Part shown: positions 28,284-37,942 of the stretch, piece by piece
Numbering within the stretch: the first letter of the stretch is position 1
Layout of the letters: every line of letters begins with the position of its first letter
NCBI GenBank assembly: GCA_002840735.1
Contig: PHBY01000003.1
Coordinates: forward strand, 186,734-250,733
Source: Chloroflexi bacterium HGW-Chloroflexi-2
GTDB taxonomy: Bacteria > Chloroflexota > Anaerolineae > Anaerolineales > Anaerolineaceae
Direction of reading: 5' to 3'
Length of the DNA stretch: 64,000 nucleotides
Translations under genes and position numbers: made by a program
The notes under the pieces: generated by a model
Database searches by the model: none
What the model saw: the letters and a program-made list of their open reading frames with translations, nothing else
Told to the model about the DNA's origin: nothing

Positions 28284-29705
28284 CTACGGTATTAACCACA
28301 AGGCTAACTCAGGTGTAAGCCAAACTTCAATCATCGCGGCAATAAACATCATGGGTATTACCAAACCTAGCATTACTTTTGTCCAATTGGCAATTGACTT
28401 AAGCCAGACTTCGCCAATCGTTTGTTGGTTATCAGGTGTGGCGAAAATGACGCCAATTTGAAAAATGGCTGCTGTGGCAATCACTGCTGCTGGAATTTCA
28501 ATAATTCCATGCGGAAGAATAAATCCTAAAAAGTATGTACTCAAACTTAAACCGGCATTACCTAATAAACCCATGATGTATCCAACAATTCCGATAGATG
28601 CGAATAATGGCAGCACACCAAATATCCCCAAAGTAATCACCCCCAGAATAAAAGCCAACAAAAGCACCCGAATATTCTGCCAGAAAATCGTGATAACAGG
28701 AGAAAAATTACCAAAAGACCAATTCTGACTCAATTGTGTCAGTTGTTCTTGCATATTTTCCACGCCCAATTGTTCAACCGGAAACTCAAACCTGGTTATT
28801 TGTGATCTGCCTACAAAGAAAGCTACCACAACAAGCAGGCTGAGGATTAAGATGGAGTAACGAATTTCTTTGATGTAAGGAAAAACTTCAAATTGGTACC
28901 AATTCTTAAGAGTGGTTGCCTTCCCAAAAAAATTCATTCGGAATACCTTCCAACCCCAACGGAAATTGAGTACATCAATATCTCTGCCCAGTAATTCTTC
29001 CCGGCTAAAGTGTGCTAAACCAATTCTTAACAATAAGATCGCCAGAATGGACAAGCCAAAAACAACCCACCACAAGGTTACATAATTTCCCCAAAACATC
29101 ACAATACTTTCCCCTTGAATTAACAATGCCATGGGGATAATGATAAAACTCGCCAGTAAATTCGCTGCGCGAACAGATGTCGCCTGAGTGGAAACAACCA
29201 CGGCTCCGGCAACCATCACAACAGCCTGAATAATTGTAATAGCAATGATTTGAATGATTAAGTGTAAGTCTGGTAATGGAACGTTATTTATGATCAATCC
29301 AACACTATACACCAACATACCCACAAAACTGGCAAACAATGGCGGTACGATCGAGGAAATCAATTTTCCAATATAGATTTGCCAATCCAATAATGGGGTA
29401 TTGAATAAAGGTTCAATACTTCCGCGTTCTTTTTCTCCTACAAAACTTTCTAATGCAATTACCAATGAAACCGATATGGGAAAAAAGCCAACGATCATCA
29501 TCGAAAATGGAACCAATCGTTCACCAACGATTGTAGCTCCGTACCGGTTGACGAATTGGAGAACTTGCGCCGTTGTGAAATTCATTAAAAATGGAAAGAA
29601 TATTGTCAACCCAAGAATAGGGAAAATAATCCGCCAATCCCGAAATTGATCGCGTACTTCTCGTTTTGTAATCACCAGGGCAAGTTTCAGTTGATTACTC
29701 ATCAT
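28284..29705 (-). CDS. ABC-2-type permease fused to a SpoIIM/DUF95-like membrane domain
   Basis: The N-terminal half is a six-TM ABC-2/NatB-like permease following the ATPase gene. The C-terminal half carries the DUF95 hallmark LPHGIIEIPA plus IFWQNIRVLL. Confidence 0.7.
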   Translation of the reverse strand: MMSNQLKLALVITKREVRDQFRDWRIIFPILGLTIFFPFLMNFTTAQVLQFVNRYGATIVGERLVPFSMMIVGFFPISVSLVIALESFVGEKERGSIEPLFNTPLLDWQIYIGKLISSIVPPLFASFVGMLVYSVGLIINNVPLPDLHLIIQIIAITIIQAVVMVAGAVVVSTQATSVRAANLLASFIIIPMALLIQGESIVMFWGNYVTLWWVVFGLSILAILLLRIGLAHFSREELLGRDIDVLNFRWGWKVFRMNFFGKATTLKNWYQFEVFPYIKEIRYSILILSLLVVVAFFVGRSQITRFEFPVEQLGVENMQEQLTQLSQNWSFGNFSPVITIFWQNIRVLLLAFILGVITLGIFGVLPLFASIGIVGYIMGLLGNAGLSLSTYFLGFILPHGIIEIPAAVIATAAIFQIGVIFATPDNQQTIGEVWLKSIANWTKVMLGLVIPMMFIAAMIEVWLTPELALWLIP

Positions 29706-30627
29706 TATTATTCATCTTAACCTGGTTAATTGCTCCCAGATATGCATCTTCTAATTTAATTGGGACTTCTTCAAAGGATACCAAATCGTATTTTTCAGTC
29801 AATAAACGAATCAAAACTGGATTTTGAACCGTCGGGTTCTCCACCTTAAAATAAATAATGCTTTCATTTCGATTTACGATTTGAACACCATCAGGTAAAT
29901 CAGAAAACTTTCCCTCCATAGAACTAACAAATTTTGCAGCAAAAACTGGTGATCCCACCAGTGAATTTTTTACTTCCTGCATGGATTTATTTAATATGAT
30001 GCGGCCTTCCTGTATGATAGCAATTTGATCACATAATTCTTCCGCTTCCGCCAGATTATGTGTGCACAAAATGATTGTCCGTTCTTTGTTACTCAAACTT
30101 TTTATAGCAGAACGAACAATCTTAGCACTTTCTGGATCCATCGCAGAGGTTGGTTCATCCAGTAATAAAACCGGAGGTTCATGAATGATGGCTCTCACAA
30201 GAGCCAATTTTTGACGCATTCCTTTCGAGTATTCACCCAGGCGTTTCTTGCGGAATTGATCCATTCCTAATTGTTCTAAGATGGGATTAATTTTATTCAG
30301 AACATGGGCGCTTGAATATCCGTACAGCTCACCAAAGAAAATTAGATATTCCTCAGCGTTCATTCTGCCATATAAACCATGGTGTTCAGTTAATACACCC
30401 ACCATCTTGCGAACTTCTGATGGTTGTGCATATACATCATACCCGGCAACTTTTGCCCAGCCACTGCTGGGTCTGAGTATGGATGATAACATTCGAACAG
30501 TGGTGGTTTTTCCAGCACCATTCGGCCCTAATAAAGCAAGGATTTGGCCAGCATGAACATTCAGGTTGACTTGATTAACTGCTGTAAAATCGTCAAAGAT
30601 TTTGGTCAGTTCCTGTGTTTCTATCAA
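29695..30627 (-). CDS. ABC transporter ATP-binding protein
   Basis: Walker A GPNGAGKTT, signature YSKGMRQKLAL, Walker B VLLLDEPTSAMD. It overlaps the permease gene by 11 nt. Confidence 0.9.
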   Translation of the reverse strand: MIETQELTKIFDDFTAVNQVNLNVHAGQILALLGPNGAGKTTTVRMLSSILRPSSGWAKVAGYDVYAQPSEVRKMVGVLTEHHGLYGRMNAEEYLIFFGELYGYSSAHVLNKINPILEQLGMDQFRKKRLGEYSKGMRQKLALVRAIIHEPPVLLLDEPTSAMDPESAKIVRSAIKSLSNKERTIILCTHNLAEAEELCDQIAIIQEGRIILNKSMQEVKNSLVGSPVFAAKFVSSMEGKFSDLPDGVQIVNRNESIIYFKVENPTVQNPVLIRLLTEKYDLVSFEEVPIKLEDAYLGAINQVKMNNNDE

Positions 30628-30660
30628 CTGTCCTCGCTTATGAAATAAATTCCACTTTTC

Positions 30661-31503
30661 CTAACCAGCCTTCTGCGGAACAGCTGGAAATTTTTCTACA
30701 CTCTGTTTGTCCTTTAATACAGTTCTTTTAAGAATAAGCGTGATTAATGATGCGATGGCTATGATCGCCATAATTGTCTGGTTTGCATTGATCCCACCCA
30801 CATTAGATGGATCCAGCCGAATAAATTCTAACAAGAACCTGCCTGAGGGGTATATAACCAGATAAATCAGGAAAATATCGCCTCTGAATAATTTCTCTTT
30901 TAATTTTCGTCCAAGAACCAATAAAACTGTCATATTCATTAAGTTCCACAAAGATTCATACAAAAACATCGGGTGGTAATACGCCACATTCATATATTCT
31001 GCTAATCTTCGGGATGGTTCTATAAAAATTGCCCAGGGAAGATCCGTAGGGGCACCATATAGTTCCTGGTTGATAAAATTACCCCACCTGCCCACTGCCT
31101 GGGCAAGTGCCAGGCCGGGAGCAATGATATCCACCCAGGAAGCAAAACTTAATTTCTTTTTTCGGGTATAGAGCCATAATGCTAATGCCCCACCCATGAC
31201 TGCACCAGGAATTCCTAATCCACCTGCACGTATATTGATCGCATCCAAAGGATGCGTCAGATAATATTGTGTTGTAATTCCCATCTCGACCATGGAAGCT
31301 GGAGGTGTGAGAATGTGCCAGATGCGTGCACCAATAATACCAGCAATCAGTAGCCAGGGCATCACATCCCATACTACATCGGTGTTAAAACCTCGACGTT
31401 TGGCTTCAACAGTTGAAAGCCAGGCTGCCAATATTGCACCAAACATAATAATGACACCGTAAAAATGTATAAATAATTTACCAATATAAAAACCTTCGGG
31501 CAT
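30661..31503 (-). CDS. lgt: Prolipoprotein diacylglyceryl transferase
   Basis: Lgt signature GRWGNFINQELYG and a polytopic profile. Confidence 0.9.
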   Translation of the reverse strand: MPEGFYIGKLFIHFYGVIIMFGAILAAWLSTVEAKRRGFNTDVVWDVMPWLLIAGIIGARIWHILTPPASMVEMGITTQYYLTHPLDAINIRAGGLGIPGAVMGGALALWLYTRKKKLSFASWVDIIAPGLALAQAVGRWGNFINQELYGAPTDLPWAIFIEPSRRLAEYMNVAYYHPMFLYESLWNLMNMTVLLVLGRKLKEKLFRGDIFLIYLVIYPSGRFLLEFIRLDPSNVGGINANQTIMAIIAIASLITLILKRTVLKDKQSVEKFPAVPQKAG

Positions 31504-31512
31504 TTTTCACCT

Positions 31513-32154
31513 CTATTTAATATCTTTTTTTAATCCCACAACATCCTGTGCTAGATAAGCCTGTTTACGAACGGACCAAATCCTTTGAATTGCCGTGAAA
31601 TTGGCCAGAATTGCCAGAACCCATAAGGCAACCAATGGTATATTGAAGATTAAACATGGAATCAGAATAATCAAGCGTTCTAACCTGGTCATTATTCCAA
31701 CTTTTGCATCATAATTCAATGCCTCTGCTCGTGCTCTGTTATAAGAAACCATAATGGAACCTGCTGCGGCAAAGAAAACCAGCATGATGGCCAGTGTGTT
31801 TTGAATTTTGGCGAAGTGATATAACAAACCAGCAAAAACAAACAGTTCCGAATAACGATCAGTAACTGAATCAACGAATCCACCGAACCGTGTTGGCTCG
31901 TTTCTTAACCGGGCCATGGTTCCATCCAGAGCGTCGATGGGAGCAAATACTAATAGGATAATACCACCCCACATAATTTCCCCAAATGCAATAAGTATTG
32001 CGGAAATAACGTGACCAATAAGCCCCAGAATCGTGATCATATTCGGTTTGAGACCCAGGTTATTGAGGAACCCACCAATCGGGTCCAGAATTCCTTTGAA
32101 TTTTTTTCTCATCAGGTCAGAAAAACTTAATTTTTTCTTTTCAGAATTATCCAA
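31513..32154 (-). CDS. CDP-alcohol phosphatidyltransferase family protein
   Basis: Canonical motif D-G-x2-A-R-x8-G-x3-D-x3-D, seen as DALDGTMARLRNEPTRFGGFVDSVTD. Confidence 0.8.
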   Translation of the reverse strand: MDNSEKKKLSFSDLMRKKFKGILDPIGGFLNNLGLKPNMITILGLIGHVISAILIAFGEIMWGGIILLVFAPIDALDGTMARLRNEPTRFGGFVDSVTDRYSELFVFAGLLYHFAKIQNTLAIMLVFFAAAGSIMVSYNRARAEALNYDAKVGIMTRLERLIILIPCLIFNIPLVALWVLAILANFTAIQRIWSVRKQAYLAQDVVGLKKDIK

Positions 32155-32238
32155 AATCCACCTACAATCTCAATTTTTTGATTTGCTTATCCTATCGTAC
32201 GGCTAAAGAACTGTCAAGACAAAAGATTAGAAATTAAA

Positions 32239-34449
32239 TTATTCCTCATCCTCTCCGGCATTCTTCATATCTTTCCAATCATCGTTCGGGTCGATCATTA
32301 CTTCCCGATCCTTCCCGCCACCCTGGCTGGGACCGACAATGCCCATTTCTTCCAGTTGATCCAATAATCTGGCAGCCCTCGGAAATCCGATCCGAAGTCG
32401 GCGTTGTAGTAATGACGCAGATGCTCTGCGGCTAGTCTTCACCAATTCAATAGCTTGCACCACCAGATCATCACCTCCTTCTTCTTCCATTACTTTCATA
32501 AGGACTTCCCAAGGTGCAGGTTCATCTAACCTGATTTGTTCTGATTGACGCCAGAAATCAATAATTTGATCGATTTCATGGTCGGTGACAATAACACCCT
32601 GTGCCCTTTGTGGAGCGCCAACATCTGGAGCCAGGAAAAGCATGTCGCCTTTTCCCATCAAAGATTCCGCCCCATTCATATCCAGAATAACCCGGGAATC
32701 AATGGAAGAAGCGACAGTAAAGGCAATTCTTGCCGGAAAATTTGCTTTAATCAGTCCCGTCACTACATCAACACTTGGTCGTTGTGTTGCGACAATCAGA
32801 TGCATGCCAACGGCTCGAGCCATTTGAGCTAATCGAACCAGGCTATGCTCTGTTTGATCTGGGGAGGATAACATCAAATCAGCCAGTTCATCGACGATAA
32901 TCACTATTCTGGGCAAAGTAGCTTGATTTTTCTTCAACATTTTTGTGTTATAGGCATCCAGATCTCTGGCTCTAGCCTCCTCTAATAAACGGTAGCGTTG
33001 ATCCATTTCTGATATAGCCCAGCGTAGAACACCCACCATGCGGTCAATAGATGTTTCTACTTTACCCAGTAAATGCGGGACACCATTAAACCTCACCAAT
33101 TCAACCATCTTTGGATCCAACATGGCTATTCGTAAATTGTCCGGGGAATTATTCATCAGTAAGCAGGTAGTGATAGCGCTGACGCAGACTGATTTTCCTG
33201 ATCCTGTTGTTCCTGCAATCAGCAGGTGCGGCATTTTGACCAAATCAGCGATGACAGGTTGTCCGGAAACGTCCTGCCCTAATGCCAGGCTTAATGGGGA
33301 GCGGAGTTTTTGAAATCCTTCAGATTCGAGTATGGGCCTTAAGCGCACCATTTTTGATTGCATGTTCGGTACTTCTATACCAACATAGGATCTCCCCGGA
33401 ACCGGAGCTTCTACCCTTAACCGTTCAGCCGACAACGCTAATGCCAGGTCACGGGCAAGAGAAGAAATCTGAGATACACGCACTTTATGTTTATTGATTG
33501 TCCCATCCGGATTTTCTTTTTCCACGAACCCTGGTTCAACTGCAAACTGTGTAACAGTCGGTCCAATTCGATAACCTGCGACCCGGGCAGGAACTCCAAA
33601 TTCATCCAGAGTTTTTTCAATTTGTTCACCCATCACCTGAACCTGAACGTTATCCATCACAAAAACCTGTTCGGCAGCTAAAAGGTCAAAGGGAGGTAAA
33701 TTGTCCTGCCGATGAATGATCGCAGCAGGTGTCATAACCGTCTGGCTTTTCAATTGCTCAAGAATTTTTTTATCTCGCGATAATTTCTGATCCAGATCAA
33801 CTTCTGGAGAATTTAAACTGGTAAAGCCTGCTAATTCATCCAATCCTTTGTTTTGAATATAGACTTCTGTCCAGGCGTCCAATTTTTTAATGAGAAATGA
33901 GAAAAATCCTGTCCCAAGAGCAATGCTGAAGATGAAAAGAAAGATTAGCAGAATGGAGAGAATTGGTTCAGGTAAAATTTTGCTGAATAAATTTGCCAAA
34001 CCCCAACCGATGAATCCTCCATCCATCCCAGATTCAGCTCTTTGTAAATCCATCTCCCCATAAATGGATAGTAAAGCAATTGCATTGAAAAAACATAATT
34101 CAAATGCTAAAACCCGTGATAATGGAAACCGAATATCTCCAAAAATTCTTCTTCGAAAACTCCAAAATCCAATGGCTGCAAAAACAATAACAAAGCAATA
34201 ACTTCCCCAACCAAACCATTGGGTGATTAAATTGACCCAATTGGAGATGAGACTTCCTGCCGTCCATCCAATCAGTCCGAACAATGTTAATACAGCCATT
34301 GCAAACATCGAGATGCCAAGAAAATCCAGGCCATATCTACTAAGAATGGGTTGAATTTTACTTAACCAGTTTTGATGGTAATCAGTTGGCTTTTGATCGT
34401 TTTCCAATGAATATTGTTTGTTCTTAATCTTCCCTGATTTTTTACTCAT
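32239..34449 (-). CDS. ftsK: DNA translocase FtsK/SpoIIIE
   Basis: N-terminal TM helices, motor domain with Walker A GTTGSGKS, Walker B IVIIVDELADLM, and a C-terminal gamma winged helix (ASASLLQRRLRIGFPRAARLLDQLEEMGIV). Confidence 0.9.
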   Translation of the reverse strand: MSKKSGKIKNKQYSLENDQKPTDYHQNWLSKIQPILSRYGLDFLGISMFAMAVLTLFGLIGWTAGSLISNWVNLITQWFGWGSYCFVIVFAAIGFWSFRRRIFGDIRFPLSRVLAFELCFFNAIALLSIYGEMDLQRAESGMDGGFIGWGLANLFSKILPEPILSILLIFLFIFSIALGTGFFSFLIKKLDAWTEVYIQNKGLDELAGFTSLNSPEVDLDQKLSRDKKILEQLKSQTVMTPAAIIHRQDNLPPFDLLAAEQVFVMDNVQVQVMGEQIEKTLDEFGVPARVAGYRIGPTVTQFAVEPGFVEKENPDGTINKHKVRVSQISSLARDLALALSAERLRVEAPVPGRSYVGIEVPNMQSKMVRLRPILESEGFQKLRSPLSLALGQDVSGQPVIADLVKMPHLLIAGTTGSGKSVCVSAITTCLLMNNSPDNLRIAMLDPKMVELVRFNGVPHLLGKVETSIDRMVGVLRWAISEMDQRYRLLEEARARDLDAYNTKMLKKNQATLPRIVIIVDELADLMLSSPDQTEHSLVRLAQMARAVGMHLIVATQRPSVDVVTGLIKANFPARIAFTVASSIDSRVILDMNGAESLMGKGDMLFLAPDVGAPQRAQGVIVTDHEIDQIIDFWRQSEQIRLDEPAPWEVLMKVMEEEGGDDLVVQAIELVKTSRRASASLLQRRLRIGFPRAARLLDQLEEMGIVGPSQGGGKDREVMIDPNDDWKDMKNAGEDEE

Positions 34450-35380
34450 CGATCAGACCTAAGCCTAAACGTCTTCTTTCTATATCAATATGGAGTATTT
34501 TAACGGTTAACACCTGACCTGTCACAAACATACTTTCAAGATCTCTATGTGCCAAACCTTGTTGGATGGACGAAATATGAATCAATCCTTCAACACCTTC
34601 ATCCAGACGGGCAAAAACCCCAAAGCGTGTAATGGCTGTCACAGTTGCTGGCACGATATCTCCAATGACGTACATTTCTGCCAATGACTCCCATGGATTT
34701 CTAAAGAGACGCTTTAGACTTAAAGCAATCCTGGCACTTTCTTCACTGACCTGCAACACCAGCACTTTTATAGGTTGACCTAAAGATAGGATCTCACTAG
34801 GATGCTGAACCCGCCCCCAAGACAATTCTGAAACGTGAATCAATCCTTCCACACCGCCAAGGTCAACAAATACACCAAAATCGGTGATATTGGTAATGAC
34901 TCCATTGACAATGGATCCTGTTTTCAATGTCTGAAATAGTGCTTTGCGGCTTCCTTCACCCGCCAATGCTGCCCTTTCGGACAAAACAACTCTTTCCTGA
35001 CTGGGTTCACATTCGATAACTTTCAACTTAATCGTTTTTCCTACATAATTTGTCAGAACTTCGCGTTTTTCTTCTTCATCAAATTCATTAGAAGATTCGA
35101 TCAGGTGTGACAATGGCACAAATCCCTGAATACTATCCCCTTGAACTAATAATCCCCCACGATTGAACCCCTGTACAAATAATTCGACAATCTCGTCATG
35201 ATCAAAAACGGATGTAACTTTTTCCCAATCCACCATCAAAGCGCCAGTGGATAGCGTTATTCTTGTTTCACTATCCTGGACATCCGGTTCCAAAATTTCT
35301 TCATCTGCCAATATGGATGCCCACCACCCTTCATCCATGGGTGGTAATTCTGGTTCTTTTTTGATTTTGCTTAGATGCAT
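34442..35380 (-). CDS. S1 RNA-binding-domain protein (three S1 repeats, ribosomal protein S1-like)
   Basis: Repeated S1 OB-fold pattern (GFVPLSHL, GVFVDLGGVEGLIHVSEL, GVFARLDEGVEGLIHIS). Start set at the ATG preceded by GGAGGA; the track start is a TTG. Confidence 0.7.
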   Translation of the reverse strand: MHLSKIKKEPELPPMDEGWWASILADEEILEPDVQDSETRITLSTGALMVDWEKVTSVFDHDEIVELFVQGFNRGGLLVQGDSIQGFVPLSHLIESSNEFDEEEKREVLTNYVGKTIKLKVIECEPSQERVVLSERAALAGEGSRKALFQTLKTGSIVNGVITNITDFGVFVDLGGVEGLIHVSELSWGRVQHPSEILSLGQPIKVLVLQVSEESARIALSLKRLFRNPWESLAEMYVIGDIVPATVTAITRFGVFARLDEGVEGLIHISSIQQGLAHRDLESMFVTGQVLTVKILHIDIERRRLGLGLIDE

Positions 35381-35447
35381 AAAGAATTTCCTCCAGAACA
35401 ACCAATTTTTCGAGTTCTTAACTCAAAAAATTGGAAAAGAATGCTAA

Positions 35448-37367
35448 TTAATCAGTGACATTATCTTCATTGCGTGCTTCTTTTTCCATTTCAATAATTT
35501 TGTTGGCAACTGTTTCGATCGCTACCCTCTGTTTTCTATATAAATCAGCTTCTGACATTGATAATTTGATGGCAATTTCCCGAACTTTTCTTCCTTCCAA
35601 AAACTTCATCTCTAAAATATTATACAGTATCCATTCTGCGGTAAAGCGTCTTTCACCCTCAGGTTTTACCTGGTTAATGGCATCTCTTAAAATGGAGCGT
35701 AATGCGTTCGCTTTATTACCTTCTCCTTCATCGGCAGCTTCCTGAACAACCTGTAGTTTCAGTAATGGATTATCAGTTAATTTTGGTCCACCCCAATAAT
35801 GTGTGAGCGCATCTTTAACCCAGGTCGTTAGATCTCCACTTTGAATTGGATCATCAGCAGAAAAGACGCGTTCACGATCATATCGACCCCGAGAACGCAA
35901 TTGTTGGATGGTGTTAACCCTGGTACTTAATTTTTCCATGGATTCAAAAATCTGGATTTGCATCCTTCGATCACTTAATGCTGAAGAAGCTCTTTCAACC
36001 ATCATAGTTAATGCGCTTTTTTGTTCATTGTCCAATTCACTTATGTCAACACCTGCTAATCCCAGGATTCCAATCAATTGTTTTTGTTCTTGATCACCAT
36101 TAATATTTGATTTCAAGGGAAATAAAGACGTGTTTTCCCATTGGAAAATTTCGGGAAAATCATCATTTTCAGTAATTATTTTTGATAGTTCATCAGAAAT
36201 CTTTTGATCGTTAAACTGAATTTTTCCATTGGTGAGCACCAATTCAAGTCCATCTTCACTGATCGAAACGATAAATGAGCCAGAAGACTGTAATCTATCC
36301 ATAAGTGCTGATAAAATCATCTCCAGAAACTCTAAAAGATCATTACGGGTTAGTAATCTATTTTCCAGAGTCTGTAAGATTTCTATATCTTTTTGATCGT
36401 TACCATAAAAGAACCACTTCTCACCCAATGGTGATAACAGTGTGATTAAATGCTGAAAAATCACGATCGTGGCTACCATGACAATCGGTATAAACACTTC
36501 AAAATCATAGCCAAAAACAGCCCCTGTTCTTCTGACAAGCGTTGTTAATCCAAGTGTAATACTTGCTGTCACAGGACCACGCATAATCCATTTAAGCAAT
36601 CTGGTTTTTACCACCCGATCTGACCAGGCAACTCCAAAAAATGCCACAGAATAGGCCATCATGATGATCAAAAAGTAGAAGATCAGGTTGCTAATCGTGG
36701 CGACAATCCAGAACATGCCATCCAGACGATTTGCCAGACCAGAGCCATACAATAAGAAGGGGAATGATCCTATAGCAGGAGCCAAAGCACCTACGACTAA
36801 ATATCCCATTCTACGTCGACTGACAGGTGTGACGGTACGAATATAAGCCCTGAAAAAATTGATCCACGAAAGAAGCATGACGATCCAATAGTAGATGGTA
36901 AATAATTCTGTAATCAAAGTTCTTTCGAGATGAGGAGCAGATAGTTGGTCCGTTGTAATTGAGCCTACAAGAATATCAAAGGGAATGAGAATCAATAAAA
37001 ATACAGAGAATAAATAAGCAATCCGTACCGCCCACCGTCGTCGCCACCTGCTGGGGCGCCCTGTGGTTGCGACAAGTGCATCGGAAAAATGTAAATAGGT
37101 CGGAGGTAACAATACGATTCCCAGCCATTGTAATTTAAGCCAGAATTCCATATTTGTTTCATCGATAGCAATTCCGCCTAAAGCTTCAGCAGTGAACACA
37201 ATCACCACACAAACCAGAATCATGGCAAACGATCGGGCAACCCGATCTTTGAGATTGAATGTTAAAGCATACAATAACAATGAAAATGCTGTTATCGCTA
37301 TCCCCGCTGTGAGAATATCGTTTATTGTCCGAACAAGATTAATAAAACCGTCGATCCAATTGACCAT
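35448..37367 (-). CDS. Polytopic membrane protein with C-terminal sigma-70 region-4/LuxR-like HTH (putative membrane-tethered one-component regulator)
   Basis: About 300 aa containing roughly 8 TM helices (resembles the 7TM N-domain seen on some kinases), a soluble middle region, and the C-terminal segment WILYNILEMKFLEGRKVREIAIKLSMSEADLYRKQRVAIETVANKI. No kinase or ATPase motifs. Confidence 0.6.
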   Translation of the reverse strand: MVNWIDGFINLVRTINDILTAGIAITAFSLLLYALTFNLKDRVARSFAMILVCVVIVFTAEALGGIAIDETNMEFWLKLQWLGIVLLPPTYLHFSDALVATTGRPSRWRRRWAVRIAYLFSVFLLILIPFDILVGSITTDQLSAPHLERTLITELFTIYYWIVMLLSWINFFRAYIRTVTPVSRRRMGYLVVGALAPAIGSFPFLLYGSGLANRLDGMFWIVATISNLIFYFLIIMMAYSVAFFGVAWSDRVVKTRLLKWIMRGPVTASITLGLTTLVRRTGAVFGYDFEVFIPIVMVATIVIFQHLITLLSPLGEKWFFYGNDQKDIEILQTLENRLLTRNDLLEFLEMILSALMDRLQSSGSFIVSISEDGLELVLTNGKIQFNDQKISDELSKIITENDDFPEIFQWENTSLFPLKSNINGDQEQKQLIGILGLAGVDISELDNEQKSALTMMVERASSALSDRRMQIQIFESMEKLSTRVNTIQQLRSRGRYDRERVFSADDPIQSGDLTTWVKDALTHYWGGPKLTDNPLLKLQVVQEAADEGEGNKANALRSILRDAINQVKPEGERRFTAEWILYNILEMKFLEGRKVREIAIKLSMSEADLYRKQRVAIETVANKIIEMEKEARNEDNVTD

Positions 37368-37390
37368 TGTAAATTACCAATAAACTATTT

Positions 37391-37930
37391 TTATTTCAGA
37401 TATTTGGAAAAGAATAGAGCAATATCCTTATTAGGATAATATGAATCATTATATCCGGAAAACTCAAATCCTAATTTAAATGCCAGTTTGATCGCTGGAT
37501 AGCTTTTGGGTGGTATTTCAAGTGTCAGTCTCCGATTTCCCCGTTTTATGGCCCAATTTTGAGCTGCTAAAACCATGGCTGTTCCAACTCCCTGTCGTCT
37601 GATAGAATTATCCACGACCAGATCCCTGATGACAGCAGATTGAATTTCCAAAACTTCGATCAAACGGATATAACCAACATGTTGTCCATTGTGGATTGCA
37701 ACCATTAATCCGGGTGCCTGTTGCCATTCATTTTCTAATAATTCAACCTGTCTGGGATAAGCAACTTGCGTGGGTCTTGGTAGGCGAATTTCACGAAAAG
37801 AAATCAGAAATTGACCATCTTCAATCGTTCGGTCCATTTGCCAGACATAGTTTGACTTACAGGAGTGATCCAAGGAGATCAACTCAATAATATCTGCGGA
37901 TACTGCTTGTCGGATTTCAATTTGAGGCAT
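37391..37930 (-). CDS. GNAT-family N-acetyltransferase
   Basis: Acetyl-CoA binding block LVVDNSIRRQGVGTAMV and C-terminal KLGFEFSG. Confidence 0.75.
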   Translation of the reverse strand: MPQIEIRQAVSADIIELISLDHSCKSNYVWQMDRTIEDGQFLISFREIRLPRPTQVAYPRQVELLENEWQQAPGLMVAIHNGQHVGYIRLIEVLEIQSAVIRDLVVDNSIRRQGVGTAMVLAAQNWAIKRGNRRLTLEIPPKSYPAIKLAFKLGFEFSGYNDSYYPNKDIALFFSKYLK

Positions 37931-37942
37931 TTTCTCTCTCCC

